64,000 nucleotides of DNA, taken from positions 36,417 through 100,416 of the forward strand of contig JBBSYD010000032.1 of NCBI GenBank assembly GCA_038045425.1. Direction: 5' to 3'. The position numbers and the translations under genes are program-made. Below the pieces are notes generated by a model. It was given only the letters and a program-made list of their open reading frames with translations, ran no database searches and had not been told where the DNA came from. The first letter of the stretch is position 1. Each line of letters begins with the position of its first letter. Below are positions 8,268-18,166 of this stretch, piece after piece. This DNA comes from Nanobdellota archaeon. Its GTDB lineage: Archaea; Nanobdellota; Nanobdellia; Pacearchaeales; GW2011-AR1.

Positions 8268-9695
8268 ATGAACAAATCTAAACTTAATGTTTTTATATTT
8301 TTATTTGCACTAATGGGTATTGCAATTGTGTTATCTATGCAATTTGCTGTTGCGTATAATTCGCCTGCAACTGTAAATCTTGGAACTGCAGGTAATTTTG
8401 TTATATTATCAAAGGCAGGAATAACAACTACTGGAACTACGGCTATTGTTGGAAATTTGGGAGTGAGCCCAATTGATAGTACTGCAATGACTGGATTTGG
8501 TTTGATAGCAGATTCTTCTAATAAATTTTCTACCTCTTCTTTGGTAACTGGAAAGATATATGCATCAGATTATACTTCTCCAACTCCATCTGTTATGACT
8601 AGTGCTGTGAGTGATATGGAAACTGCATACACTAATTCTGCTGGAAGAACTTTACCAGATGCTACTGAATTGGGTGCTGGAGATATTAGTGGAATGACTA
8701 TTGCTCCTGGATTGTATAAGTGGGGAACTGGAGTTCATATTGATAATAGAGGCGTTACTCTTTCTGGAAACTCGAATGATGTTTGGATATTCCAAATATC
8801 CCAGGATTTAACGGTGGATAGTGCTGCAATTATAACTCTAACTGGCGGGGCACAGGCAAGGAATGTATTCTGGCAAGTCGGTGGAGGCACAGGAGTTATT
8901 CTTGGAACAACGTCTGTATTTAATGGTAATATCTTAGCAATAGCTGGAATAGTAATGAATACTGGAGCAACATTAAATGGGAGAGCATTGGCACAAACGG
9001 CAGTCACATTGGATGCCAATATGGTTAGAGTACCTTCAAATTTAGTAGAGGTAATAGTTTCTGATGAGAGAAATAACTCTGAAATAAATAATTCTTCAAA
9101 TTCTACTTCTCGTGAAAATTCGAGTTTAGTTAATGATTCTGTAGTTGTAAATAATCAGGAAAGTAATGGTGGTTCATCTTTAAATGATAATGGAATAGGA
9201 CAAGAATTAAGTCAAAGAATAGAAGAGCTAAGAACTGAATTTAGATATGGAAACTTTACAACTTCTCTGGGAGAGTATTTGAATGTTAGAGAAATTGGCG
9301 CGGGGATAAGAGAGTTAAGGGAAAATAATATTTCTGTTAGGACTAGATTAAATTTAACTAAAGTTGGGAATAATGACTCTAAACTAGAAGTTGAATTAAG
9401 CAATGGAAGAAATGCTGAGATAAAAGTAATGCCTTCTGCTGCATCGGAAATTGCGTTAGCAAGACTTAAATTGAAGGTATGTAATGAAACAAATAATTGT
9501 ACAATTGAATTGAAGGAAGTTGGCAAGGGAAATGATACTAGAGTTGCCTATGAAACTCAGGTTGAAAGACATTATAGGATTTTAGGAATATTTTCAGCAA
9601 AAGCGCAGAACAAGATTCAGATTGATGCAGAAACAGGAGATGTTATTAGCGAGAATAAGCCTTGGTGGGCATTTATAAGTTCAAAGCAAGATTAA
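8268..9695 (+). CDS. secreted ice-binding-like protein (DUF3494) with C-terminal PepSY-like domain
   Basis: VNLGTAGNFVILSK, TIAPGLYKW, VWIFQI, NVFWQV, GRALAQTAVTLD; C-terminal IDAETG...KPWW. Confidence 0.9.
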   Translation: MNKSKLNVFIFLFALMGIAIVLSMQFAVAYNSPATVNLGTAGNFVILSKAGITTTGTTAIVGNLGVSPIDSTAMTGFGLIADSSNKFSTSSLVTGKIYASDYTSPTPSVMTSAVSDMETAYTNSAGRTLPDATELGAGDISGMTIAPGLYKWGTGVHIDNRGVTLSGNSNDVWIFQISQDLTVDSAAIITLTGGAQARNVFWQVGGGTGVILGTTSVFNGNILAIAGIVMNTGATLNGRALAQTAVTLDANMVRVPSNLVEVIVSDERNNSEINNSSNSTSRENSSLVNDSVVVNNQESNGGSSLNDNGIGQELSQRIEELRTEFRYGNFTTSLGEYLNVREIGAGIRELRENNISVRTRLNLTKVGNNDSKLEVELSNGRNAEIKVMPSAASEIALARLKLKVCNETNNCTIELKEVGKGNDTRVAYETQVERHYRILGIFSAKAQNKIQIDAETGDVISENKPWWAFISSKQD

Positions 9696-10036
9696 AATCT
9701 TAAACCACATTCTAATTCCAACTTTTCCATTTGTTCTGAGGAATTTGCAAATAGGCGAATCATGGGAAATCCTTCTTGATTATCTGAAGTTACGGCTGTG
9801 CCAGCTTGAGCAAGACCATTATCTAAGAAAACGTTGCTTCCAGAAAAAGTATAGTATTTTGTTTCGTCGATTACAGAACCTAAACCTCTTGAAATCGTAG
9901 GAGTTGCAAATAAGTTAATTCTTTGAACCATTGTCTGATATCTTTCAGCAGGTAATTCTTTCAGAACGCCTGAAAGATTTCTAGTATTCGTGATTCCTGT
10001 TGGAGTATAATGCCTTTCTACTAATCCAAGAGCCAT
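9692..10036 (-). CDS. hypothetical protein
   Basis: ORF track; upstream TATA box. Confidence 0.6.
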   Translation of the reverse strand: MALGLVERHYTPTGITNTRNLSGVLKELPAERYQTMVQRINLFATPTISRGLGSVIDETKYYTFSGSNVFLDNGLAQAGTAVTSDNQEGFPMIRLFANSSEQMEKLELECGLRF

Positions 10037-10115
10037 GCTCTTTTATCTTTATTTGAGGTTTTTAAATAAATCGGTGAACTAGTTAAGTTTAAGAGAGATG
10101 TGCTTGAATAATATC

Positions 10116-11297
10116 ATGGTAGTATTTGATAAGGGAAGGGCAGTGTTTAAGCATGGGCCTGAAGATTTTATCGTTGAAGAAGTACAATTGGATGGAAAAA
10201 TATCTGAGATTTCTAGTTTGATGTCTGCGTTCGAGAACGCAGTTGTTGATTTTGGTAATTTGAATGTTAATGATAGAAGAGATTTCATTATGTTTGATCT
10301 TGAGAAAATAAATATTGATCATCTTAGCGCGATGAGTGAATTGTCTGAGAAGATTAAAAAACATCCTCATGAGATAGGCTACGGAGGAAGTAAGGATAAG
10401 GTTGCATGGACGTGTCAGAGGATTTCTGTGTTTAATCCTGATATGGAAAAGATAAAAGTATTTTCTCATCCTGGAATAATTCTTAAGAATTTTAGATGGG
10501 GGAAACATAAAATAAAGATTGGAGACTTGAAAGGAAATAGGTTTAGAGTAACTTTAAGAAATTTAGATGGGGCTGCGCTTAAGGTGTTAAGTAGAATAAG
10601 AAATACAGAATATATTCCTAATTTATTTGGAATGCAGAGATTTGGTTCTGTTAGAAATAATAATTTTCAAATAGGAAAATTAATTTTAAAGGGCAAATAT
10701 AAAGAAGCTATTTTTGCCTATCTAACTGGATATGGAGATAAAGAGGGCAAGGAAGTAAGAGATGCAAAGAGAAAATTAAAAGAAGAAAAGAATATTATTT
10801 CTGCAAAGGGTTATTTTCCAAAGGAACTTCATATGGAGCATAGGATAATAGAATATTTAGGTAATAATAAAAATTATTTTCTTGGGGCAATTGGAATGAT
10901 CGGAGAAAAAGTTCTTCTGATTATGTGCCAATCCGTTCAGAGTAGAATATTTAATGAGATTATTGAGAGAGCAATGGAAAGGGGAGTTGCTTCCAATACT
11001 GACTCTCTGGTTATTCCAGGATATGACGTTGGTAATTCGAAGAATAAGTTTGCAGAGATTGAGGAGGAAATTTTGAAAGAAAATGATTTAACTTGGGAGG
11101 ACTTTAGGAATTCGGACATACCTTTTCTAAGCCTAAAGGGGGCGGAGAGAAAAGCATTCCTTAGAGTTAGAGATTTGGAAATAGTTACTGAAGAAGATGA
11201 GATATTTGGGCCTGCAAAGAAAATAGTAATGTCCTTTGTTCTTGATTCTGGAAGCTATGCTACGACTTTCTTGGAATATTTTTTTGAATTGGAATAG
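10116..11297 (+). CDS. truD: tRNA pseudouridine(13) synthase
   Basis: PEDFIVEE, GSKDK, GNRFRVTLR, PNLFGMQRFG, GSYAT motifs. Confidence 0.92.
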   Translation: MVVFDKGRAVFKHGPEDFIVEEVQLDGKISEISSLMSAFENAVVDFGNLNVNDRRDFIMFDLEKINIDHLSAMSELSEKIKKHPHEIGYGGSKDKVAWTCQRISVFNPDMEKIKVFSHPGIILKNFRWGKHKIKIGDLKGNRFRVTLRNLDGAALKVLSRIRNTEYIPNLFGMQRFGSVRNNNFQIGKLILKGKYKEAIFAYLTGYGDKEGKEVRDAKRKLKEEKNIISAKGYFPKELHMEHRIIEYLGNNKNYFLGAIGMIGEKVLLIMCQSVQSRIFNEIIERAMERGVASNTDSLVIPGYDVGNSKNKFAEIEEEILKENDLTWEDFRNSDIPFLSLKGAERKAFLRVRDLEIVTEEDEIFGPAKKIVMSFVLDSGSYATTFLEYFFELE

Positions 11298-11612
11298 GAA
11301 AAATCTTGATAGGTTACATCAAGTTCATTGATAGATAATCTTAACCTAATAACATATCTTCAACATCAAATCCTTATTCAAATCAAACATTAGATAATAA
11401 TTTTCCAATTGTATTCAAACAGATTATAGAGGATTTGGAAAAACCCTCAAATCCTCTAAGAAGTCCTTTGAAAACCCCATAAAATGTTTTGAAATAGGGG
11501 GTTATTCAAAGTCCTCTATACTATGTATACTAAAATCTAGGTTATTTTTTCATCAAAACCCAAAAATAAGCAAAAGGTAAACACTTAAAAGTCATCTTTC
11601 CCTAGGGGCAAA

Positions 11613-13463
11613 ATGGCGAAGAACGAAAAAAACCCTGTTTTAAAGGAAAATGAAGAAAATCGTCGTGAAAAAGTTTATTTTGATAAAATTCTTAAGATAG
11701 TTGAATCGATTTCGGAAGATGACTTAGCGATTATAAATAAAGTAAAAAATAAAGAATTTGAACCGATAATGGTGCTTAATCTTAAGTTAAAAGCTGAGGA
11801 AGCTGCAAAGCAATCAGAGATAAAAGAATTGATTTCATATCCTATGATTAAAAAGAATTTAGAGTATAACTTGCCGCATCAACAGGAAGGAGCACTTAAG
11901 ATTTTAAGAGATTTGGATGGAAGAGCATTGTTAGCAGATGAAGTAGGTTTAGGAAAAACGATAACTGCGGGAATGGTGTTGAAAGAATGCATTGTTCGAG
12001 GATTTATAAGACGAGCATTGATCCTTACTCCTCCTTCTTTAGTTAATCAGTGGAAGGAAGAGTTGAGTACTAAATTTGAGCTAAATTTTAAAGAAGTAAA
12101 TAATGAAAGGGAATGGGAAAATAGTGAACTCGCGATTGCGTCTATTGATAAAGTTAAAAATTTTAATAACCAAACAAACAAGTTCAAACATTCTGACGCC
12201 CATAATATCTATTGGGATATAATAATAATTGATGAAGCACATAAATTAAAAAATAAAAATACTTTTAGATGGAAATTTGTAGATAAACTTCAAAAGAAAA
12301 GATTACTACTACTTACAGCAACTCCGTTTCAAAATGACTTAATTGAATTGTATAATCTTTTATCTCTTTTAAGAAGAGGACATCTTGGGACTATCAGTGA
12401 GTTTAGAGGAAACTTTTTAGTGAATGGAAATGAAAGACAGCCATTAAATCCTGCGGAATTGAAAAGAAAGCTTTCAGAAGTTATGATAAGGAGAAGACGA
12501 GATGAAGCTAAAGGGATAAGATATATGAAAAGAATTCCAAAGATTCAATCTGTAGAGCTAAGTTGGGCTGAAAAAAGAGCATATGAGGAAGTTTCAGATA
12601 TGTTACTAGTTCATTATCTAGATTTTAATGGAAATCCGATAAATACTTCTTTAGCTATGCATTCTATATTACCTAAGATAACGAGTTCATCTAAGTCTTC
12701 AATTGAATTCTTAGAAAATGTAGGAGCAAATCCAAAGTATCATGAGACTACTAGAAATATTGCTAAAAAAATTGTTGAGCAATTCAAAGGGATGGATAAA
12801 GATACCAAAATAGATAGATTGATAGAATTGGTTAATGAAATAAATAAAAATGAACCTGGGACTAAAATGCTTATCTATACTAAACATCCTATAACTTTGA
12901 AATATATCTCGGAAATATTGAGAAAACAGAAATTTATAATTACTGAATTTAAAGGAGGACTGACTAATAATGAAAAATCTAAGAAAGTTAAGGAATTTAA
13001 GGAGAAAAGTCAAATACTTGTGAGTACTGAAACTGGCGCAGAGGGATTAAACTTTCAATTTTGTCACAACTTGATTAATTACGATCTTCCTTGGAATCCT
13101 ATGGCTGTTGAACAAAGAATAGGTAGACTTGATAGAATAGGACAAAAAAAAGATATCTTTGTGTACAATCTTGCTACCAAGGGAACAATGGAAGAACATG
13201 TTGTTGATTTAATAATAAATAAAATGTGTTGTATTGGGCTGGTTATGGGAGAATTGCCAATTATATTATTTAATATGGGATTAGATTCTAATGGAAAGTA
13301 TGGTTCTAGTAAGTTTGAAGAAAAGATTATGAATGCTTTTCTGAATTCTAAGAATAACTTGGGTAAGTTTGCAGATGAAATTAGTAATGTTGGAAATGAA
13401 ATAAACAAGGGAATAAAAGATTATGAAAAAACTAAGAAATATACTTCGGAGTTGTTGGACTAA
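11613..13463 (+). CDS. SNF2-family helicase (YqhH-like)
   Basis: LLADEVGLGKT, DEAH, LTATP, EGLNFQ, YDLPWNP, QRIGRLDRIGQ. Confidence 0.92.
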   Translation: MAKNEKNPVLKENEENRREKVYFDKILKIVESISEDDLAIINKVKNKEFEPIMVLNLKLKAEEAAKQSEIKELISYPMIKKNLEYNLPHQQEGALKILRDLDGRALLADEVGLGKTITAGMVLKECIVRGFIRRALILTPPSLVNQWKEELSTKFELNFKEVNNEREWENSELAIASIDKVKNFNNQTNKFKHSDAHNIYWDIIIIDEAHKLKNKNTFRWKFVDKLQKKRLLLLTATPFQNDLIELYNLLSLLRRGHLGTISEFRGNFLVNGNERQPLNPAELKRKLSEVMIRRRRDEAKGIRYMKRIPKIQSVELSWAEKRAYEEVSDMLLVHYLDFNGNPINTSLAMHSILPKITSSSKSSIEFLENVGANPKYHETTRNIAKKIVEQFKGMDKDTKIDRLIELVNEINKNEPGTKMLIYTKHPITLKYISEILRKQKFIITEFKGGLTNNEKSKKVKEFKEKSQILVSTETGAEGLNFQFCHNLINYDLPWNPMAVEQRIGRLDRIGQKKDIFVYNLATKGTMEEHVVDLIINKMCCIGLVMGELPIILFNMGLDSNGKYGSSKFEEKIMNAFLNSKNNLGKFADEISNVGNEINKGIKDYEKTKKYTSELLD

Positions 13464-13464
13464 A

Positions 13465-14445
13465 ATGAAAGAGTATAATTCTAAAGAGTTTATATTGGAG
13501 TTCTTTAAAGATTGTAAAATTAGTGATAGAAATGGAGTTTTAACTATTGAGGAAGCGCCGAAGGAATTTGAAGAATTTATTGGAAAGAAAGCACCTTATA
13601 GGTTAGTGTTTGATTTTAAGTTACATTCCAAATTTAAAAACTCAGAACTTGTTACTCAAGGAAGTTACTTTTTGATTTCAATAAAAGATTATCTTAGAAA
13701 TAGAGGGCAAACTAGTTTATTAAAGATAAATATTGAACCAGATTTAGAAGAAATTAAATTGAAAGACTTTAAAATTATTGAGATTAATCCTGAAGGATAT
13801 GGATTTTTGTCTGAATTTTCATTTTTGTCTGTTTATCAGTATCTTAATGAGAAGAAACAAGTTATGCATAAATTATTAATTACTGATAATGAATTTTCAG
13901 AATTAGATATGACGAAGTTTAAAATTAACAATGGAAATCCCGAAGAAATTCCTTCCATCGCTTTAGGAAAATCTTATTTTTCAGCTAAAAAAAGATTACA
14001 TTTACAAACAAATAAAGAAATTAAAACAATTAAAAGAGCTTTGAAATTGAAGCTAGAGAAAGAAATTCATAGAGTTAAAGATCATTACTTTAAACAAATT
14101 AAAGAAAAAGATGACGAATTAGAAAGATGCCAGGAGAAAATAAAAATTCTTGAAAGTAAACTTAAGCACACATTTTATGATAGAGATATTCGTATTCTGA
14201 ATAGACTAATTAGGGAATCTGAAGTTAGATTAGAAATGTTAAAGAAAAGAAGTTATAAAGAAAGACTACGTAGTGAGGAGGCGTTTCATATTAATGATGA
14301 AATTGAAAAACATGTTTTGTCTATTAAAAATGTTCTAATTAATACTACCTTGTATTACTATCCTATTTATAGAATATTTGGTGCTAGTAAGGGTAAAAAT
14401 ATTTCGAAAAGATATGATCCTGTGTTTAAGAAATTTATTATCTGA
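13465..14445 (+). CDS. helicase-associated coiled-coil protein (possibly YqhG-like)
   Basis: Directly downstream of SNF2 gene; ELVTQGSY and EIHRVKDHY patterns, long coiled coil. Confidence 0.55.
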   Translation: MKEYNSKEFILEFFKDCKISDRNGVLTIEEAPKEFEEFIGKKAPYRLVFDFKLHSKFKNSELVTQGSYFLISIKDYLRNRGQTSLLKINIEPDLEEIKLKDFKIIEINPEGYGFLSEFSFLSVYQYLNEKKQVMHKLLITDNEFSELDMTKFKINNGNPEEIPSIALGKSYFSAKKRLHLQTNKEIKTIKRALKLKLEKEIHRVKDHYFKQIKEKDDELERCQEKIKILESKLKHTFYDRDIRILNRLIRESEVRLEMLKKRSYKERLRSEEAFHINDEIEKHVLSIKNVLINTTLYYYPIYRIFGASKGKNISKRYDPVFKKFII

Positions 14446-14506
14446 TAATTATATTGTTATTAATTGCATTTTGAAAATATTATATCTTATTTCTGCTGAA
14501 GATTTC

Positions 14507-14531
14507 ACCCTATAGCAAGACCGCAGGGTAT
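14507..14531. repeat. isolated IS200/IS605-type end hairpin remnant
   Basis: accctatagcaagaccgcagggtat resembles the hairpins at 50976 and 51142. Confidence 0.4.
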
Positions 14532-14540
14532 AATGATTAA

Positions 14541-15344
14541 TTACATATTTCTTCTGCGTTCCACTTCTCGCATACAAGCTTGCTTTTTGCTATTGAACAT
14601 ATCATCTATTTTTCCTATTGGATAATTTCCAATGTCCATTCCAAATGAAAGGATTGTATCTGCGATTGCATGTAATTCTTTTTCAAATTCTTCTATTTCT
14701 TCTAGACAAAACATATAATCTGTTGAAACTCCTAATTTTAGATAATGAAAACTTGTTTTATTAGGAAGAATATTTTTCTTTTTATGAAGAAGAAAGTTGT
14801 AGAAAAGGGCTTGACGTTCAAAGCTTTTGTCTTTACTCACACTATTACTTGTTTTGTAATCTAGAATAACGTGGTGTTTGTGAATTTTATCCGTTGCCTG
14901 AAGGTCTATTATTCCTTTTATTCCTATCTTTATATTTTCATTTTCCTTAAGAGGAAAAGTTATTGTTTCTTCAGTTATATGATTTTCGTGTTGGTCAATT
15001 ATGTCTATTCCTTTAATCATAGCATGAATATATTCCATAGGATTTAGGAGATTGCCGTAAATGTCTCCGTGAATATGCAGATTTTGTTTTTCCCATTTTT
15101 TTAGTAAGTGAGAGTATGCTTCGTCTCTATCTAATTCTTTTTTTGCATATTTTTCTAGACATTCGTGAACTATTCCTCCTGAAAGCCCATAGCAAACTGG
15201 AACTGGAGTGTCATCTGGAACTTTGGCAATATATTTTAGATAGAATAACAGAGGACTTTGATAATAGATGTTTAGACTGGAGGGAGATAAATTTAAGGAA
15301 ATTTTACTTTCTCTCTTGGAGGCACCCTCTTTTTCTAATTCCAT
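14541..15344 (-). CDS. PD-(D/E)XK nuclease (RecB/Cas4-like)
   Basis: SPSSL, GGIVH, KGIID, LDYKT, QALFY motifs. Confidence 0.88.
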   Translation of the reverse strand: MELEKEGASKRESKISLNLSPSSLNIYYQSPLLFYLKYIAKVPDDTPVPVCYGLSGGIVHECLEKYAKKELDRDEAYSHLLKKWEKQNLHIHGDIYGNLLNPMEYIHAMIKGIDIIDQHENHITEETITFPLKENENIKIGIKGIIDLQATDKIHKHHVILDYKTSNSVSKDKSFERQALFYNFLLHKKKNILPNKTSFHYLKLGVSTDYMFCLEEIEEFEKELHAIADTILSFGMDIGNYPIGKIDDMFNSKKQACMREVERRRNM

Positions 15345-15395
15345 AGGATTTTGAATAAAATGGGGGTTAAATAGATTTAGATTTATGTCTAGAGG

Positions 15396-15518
15396 TTAAA
15401 ATAATTTTTGTTGCTTGGTGTTTTTATTTATTTCTTCTTGAGTTTTATTTTCAAGGTCATTTGTTTTTCTTTTAGCTTCAGTGTTTATCTTCTTTAAATG
15501 TTGTGCACTGTCTCTCAT
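15396..15518 (-). CDS. 40-aa small protein
   Basis: Manual translation MRDSAQHLKKINTEAKRKTNDLENKTQEEINKNTKQQKLF; TATA box upstream. Confidence 0.5.
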   Translation of the reverse strand: MRDSAQHLKKINTEAKRKTNDLENKTQEEINKNTKQQKLF

Positions 15519-15628
15519 GGAATATTTGAGAATAACTAGATTATAAATATGTGTCTTAATATTTCGTGACATGAAAATTATGCTTTGAAATAGATATGTT
15601 TTTATACAGTAAAATGGGCGGTTTTAGT

Positions 15629-15901
15629 ATGAATAACCGAATAAATTACCTGTCTTCGCTATTACTTGTAGGAGTGAGTAGCTTGATGTTAAGTGGATGT
15701 GTTATCTATAAAATGAGTCCTAAGGAGCAACAGGCAGAATACCAAAGAAAATTAGATGAAACTGATAGTCGTGCAGCTCATAGAAGGGCACAAGATGAAC
15801 AGATGCGAAAACTAGGTATTGTTCCGTATCCAATGAACCCTAATTTTTTGAAAGACATGGAAAGACGAATAAACTTACCTCCTGTTGAGGGAAGTAGATA
15901 A
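15629..15901 (+). CDS. putative lipoprotein
   Basis: Hydrophobic leader ending LSGC lipobox. Confidence 0.6.
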   Translation: MNNRINYLSSLLLVGVSSLMLSGCVIYKMSPKEQQAEYQRKLDETDSRAAHRRAQDEQMRKLGIVPYPMNPNFLKDMERRINLPPVEGSR

Positions 15902-15952
15902 AACTCTCTTCTTGAAAAGAATATTTAAATAATATAAATGAGTTATAATTAT

Positions 15953-16195
15953 ATGAAAAAGAACGAGGGAATTTGGTTTAAAGCGAAGAATTATGGTTGG
16001 GGATGGTATCCGTGTACTTGGGAAGGATGGTTCGTTATATTGATTTGGGCTATGTTCTTTATTCCAGCAGTTAAAATGATGGATCATGAATGGTTGAAGA
16101 ATTTGATTTTTATATTTATTGCGACAGGAATTCTAATTTTAGTTTGTTGGAAGAAAGGCGAAAAGCCAAGATGGCGTTGGGGAAAATATAGTTAG
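15953..16195 (+). CDS. small Trp-rich membrane protein
   Basis: WFKAKNYGWGWYP..WEGW and GEKPRWRWG; two TM segments. Confidence 0.75.
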   Translation: MKKNEGIWFKAKNYGWGWYPCTWEGWFVILIWAMFFIPAVKMMDHEWLKNLIFIFIATGILILVCWKKGEKPRWRWGKYS

Positions 16196-16225
16196 ATTTA
16201 AAAATTAAAGTTTTCCTGATTTTTC

Positions 16226-16792
16226 ATGGCAAGTACTGGAATAAGGAAAAATGCAAAGCAAAATCCTAATTGGATGCTCAAGGGGGCAAGAGAGTCTTTA
16301 GGTTTATCTAGGAGCCAAGTTCAGAGAGCAACTGGAGTTAAAATAAAGAATTTACATAATTATGAGTCTCGAGGAGTTGTTCCTTCTCTTGAAACTCAAA
16401 GGAAATTGTGTGCTTTTTATACTGAGCGAGGACAGGTATTATTGCAAGAAGAAGTTTTTCCAGATAGAAATATTTTAGAGGACAGAATTCCTGAAGAAAG
16501 TTTAGTTCCTTTGGAAAAAGTAAATGAAGCTCATCCTGCATTTCAGGTTGAAACTGATCATGTATATGAACATGCAATGTGGGTAGTTGACAGTTTATTG
16601 CCTATGCTAGATGAAAGAAGAAGAAAAGTTATAAGACTAGCATATGGTTTGGAAGATGGAAATGATTATGGTACTGAAGAGATAGCGAGAACTTATTTTG
16701 GTGGAGAAATTACTAGAAGTAGGGTTGGTCAAATTAGAGATAGAGCAATAAAAATTCTGAGTATAAGTGTTACTCCCGATATGCGTTACTAA
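16226..16792 (+). CDS. XRE-type HTH fused to sigma-70 region-4-like HTH
   Basis: LKGARESLGLSRSQV...YESRG..PS; LDERRRKVIRLAYGL...EEIA...TRSRVGQIRDRAI. Confidence 0.75.
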   Translation: MASTGIRKNAKQNPNWMLKGARESLGLSRSQVQRATGVKIKNLHNYESRGVVPSLETQRKLCAFYTERGQVLLQEEVFPDRNILEDRIPEESLVPLEKVNEAHPAFQVETDHVYEHAMWVVDSLLPMLDERRRKVIRLAYGLEDGNDYGTEEIARTYFGGEITRSRVGQIRDRAIKILSISVTPDMRY

Positions 16793-16861
16793 TTCATCCA
16801 AGGCGATTTTTCTTTTATAGTTTCTAGATAAATTGGATTTGGGTTTATGTTTATTGCAAAG
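16789..16861 (-). repeat. degenerate copy of the 3' end of the Dus gene (19343-19414)
   Basis: 31-bp identical core gatttttcttttatagtttctagataaattg; encodes ...IYLETIKEKSPWMN* vs ...IYLETIKEKSPWAN*. Confidence 0.9.
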
Positions 16862-16997
16862 AGTGATGAATTCTTTTGGGCGTGTGCTGGAAAAAGGGAT
16901 AAAAACCTGAGTGGAGATGGGGAAAGAAATAAAATTAAGTGGATTATATTCATTTATTTATACAAATGCTTAAAAGTAGAGAATCTGATTAAAGGTT

Positions 16998-17270
16998 ATG
17001 AGTGGAAGAAAATTTCTGGACAAGGAAGCATTTCAAAGATTAGAAACTCAGATTGGTGAGATTCATGATGATATTCTTTTGGGAAGTGGAATGAGTTCTC
17101 CTGCAAGAAAAGAAGTATTGACTGAAGAATTGAGAGGAATTTTTAATAGATATATGTTTATTTCTGGCGAGCATAGCTCTGAAATTTCTCGAGATCAGGT
17201 GGAAGCAGTTAGAGCTAAGTTTTATGAAGCGACTGGTGAAGAGAGACTTCCTTTGTATTCTGGAAATTAG
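16998..17270 (+). CDS. hypothetical protein
   Basis: ORF track; upstream TATA-like box. Confidence 0.6.
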   Translation: MSGRKFLDKEAFQRLETQIGEIHDDILLGSGMSSPARKEVLTEELRGIFNRYMFISGEHSSEISRDQVEAVRAKFYEATGEERLPLYSGN

Positions 17271-17345
17271 GGTAGCAACCTAGTGCAGTAACCACTATGC
17301 CTCTAGAGTTTAGAATACAGTCTGAAACTCTGGGGTTTTAAAAAT

Positions 17346-18110
17346 CTAATTTTCTGCCTTTTCCCATAAATTTTCAAAAATTTCCTTGAAAGTAATTGCA
17401 AAGATTTTATCATTTATAATAAATCCTCTTGGAATGCCAGTAGTTTTAGATGTATGCTGCAAAATTACAAAATTCTTACTAACTGCAAATTCACCCTCAC
17501 TCTCCTTGTTATAATATTTTATTTCAACTCTCCCTGTTTTTTTACGAAGTTTCCCTTCATTCATTGCTCCCTTTGGGAGAATTATTCTTGTATTCACTTT
17601 TTTTGCTACTCTTCTTTTATGTATCTCAGTTATATAAAAATCAGTTAACTGTTCAAAGCTATTTTTAGTTCCGGTTAAAACATCTATACAGTCATTCTTA
17701 TCAATCATAGCCATAGCTTCAAACCAAAGAGATTTTATTCCGTTAATTCCTTCAAAATATTTGTAATTTGTTAAAGCAATATTTTGTTTAGGTAATTTTT
17801 CTAGAGTTTTAATGCTATTATTTATTTTTGATTCTACTAACTCTAGTTCCTCTTTCTTCTTTAAAAACAAAGTACGAACAGTTGAAGGATTATTTGCAAA
17901 ATAAACTCGCGACCCTTTAAAATCTTTGAAACCTATTAAACCCTTAATAAAAAGACTGTTTAAAATATAATAAATCTTGGAGCTAGGAATTTTTAAATTA
18001 TCACATAAGAAACCTGTTTTTGCTTCACCTAATTCAATAAGTTTGACATAAGCTCTAGCTTCATTTTTAGTAAATCCTACTGTTTGCAAGTCGATTAATA
18101 TATCATTCAT
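17346..18110 (-). CDS. TrmB-family transcriptional regulator
   Basis: GFTKNEARAY...SKIYYILNSL..KGLI wHTH; YFEGINGIK linker; FENLWEKA end. Confidence 0.85.
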   Translation of the reverse strand: MNDILIDLQTVGFTKNEARAYVKLIELGEAKTGFLCDNLKIPSSKIYYILNSLFIKGLIGFKDFKGSRVYFANNPSTVRTLFLKKKEELELVESKINNSIKTLEKLPKQNIALTNYKYFEGINGIKSLWFEAMAMIDKNDCIDVLTGTKNSFEQLTDFYITEIHKRRVAKKVNTRIILPKGAMNEGKLRKKTGRVEIKYYNKESEGEFAVSKNFVILQHTSKTTGIPRGFIINDKIFAITFKEIFENLWEKAEN

Positions 18111-18166
18111 ACTACTTCTAAGGAGGAGTAGTTAATATTTAAATTTATGTTTTATGGCAGAAAATA

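Noticed and set aside
14541..15344. Cas4 / CRISPR adaptation gene
   Set aside because: PD-(D/E)XK motifs are present but the four-Cys Fe-S cluster is not, and there is no cas context.
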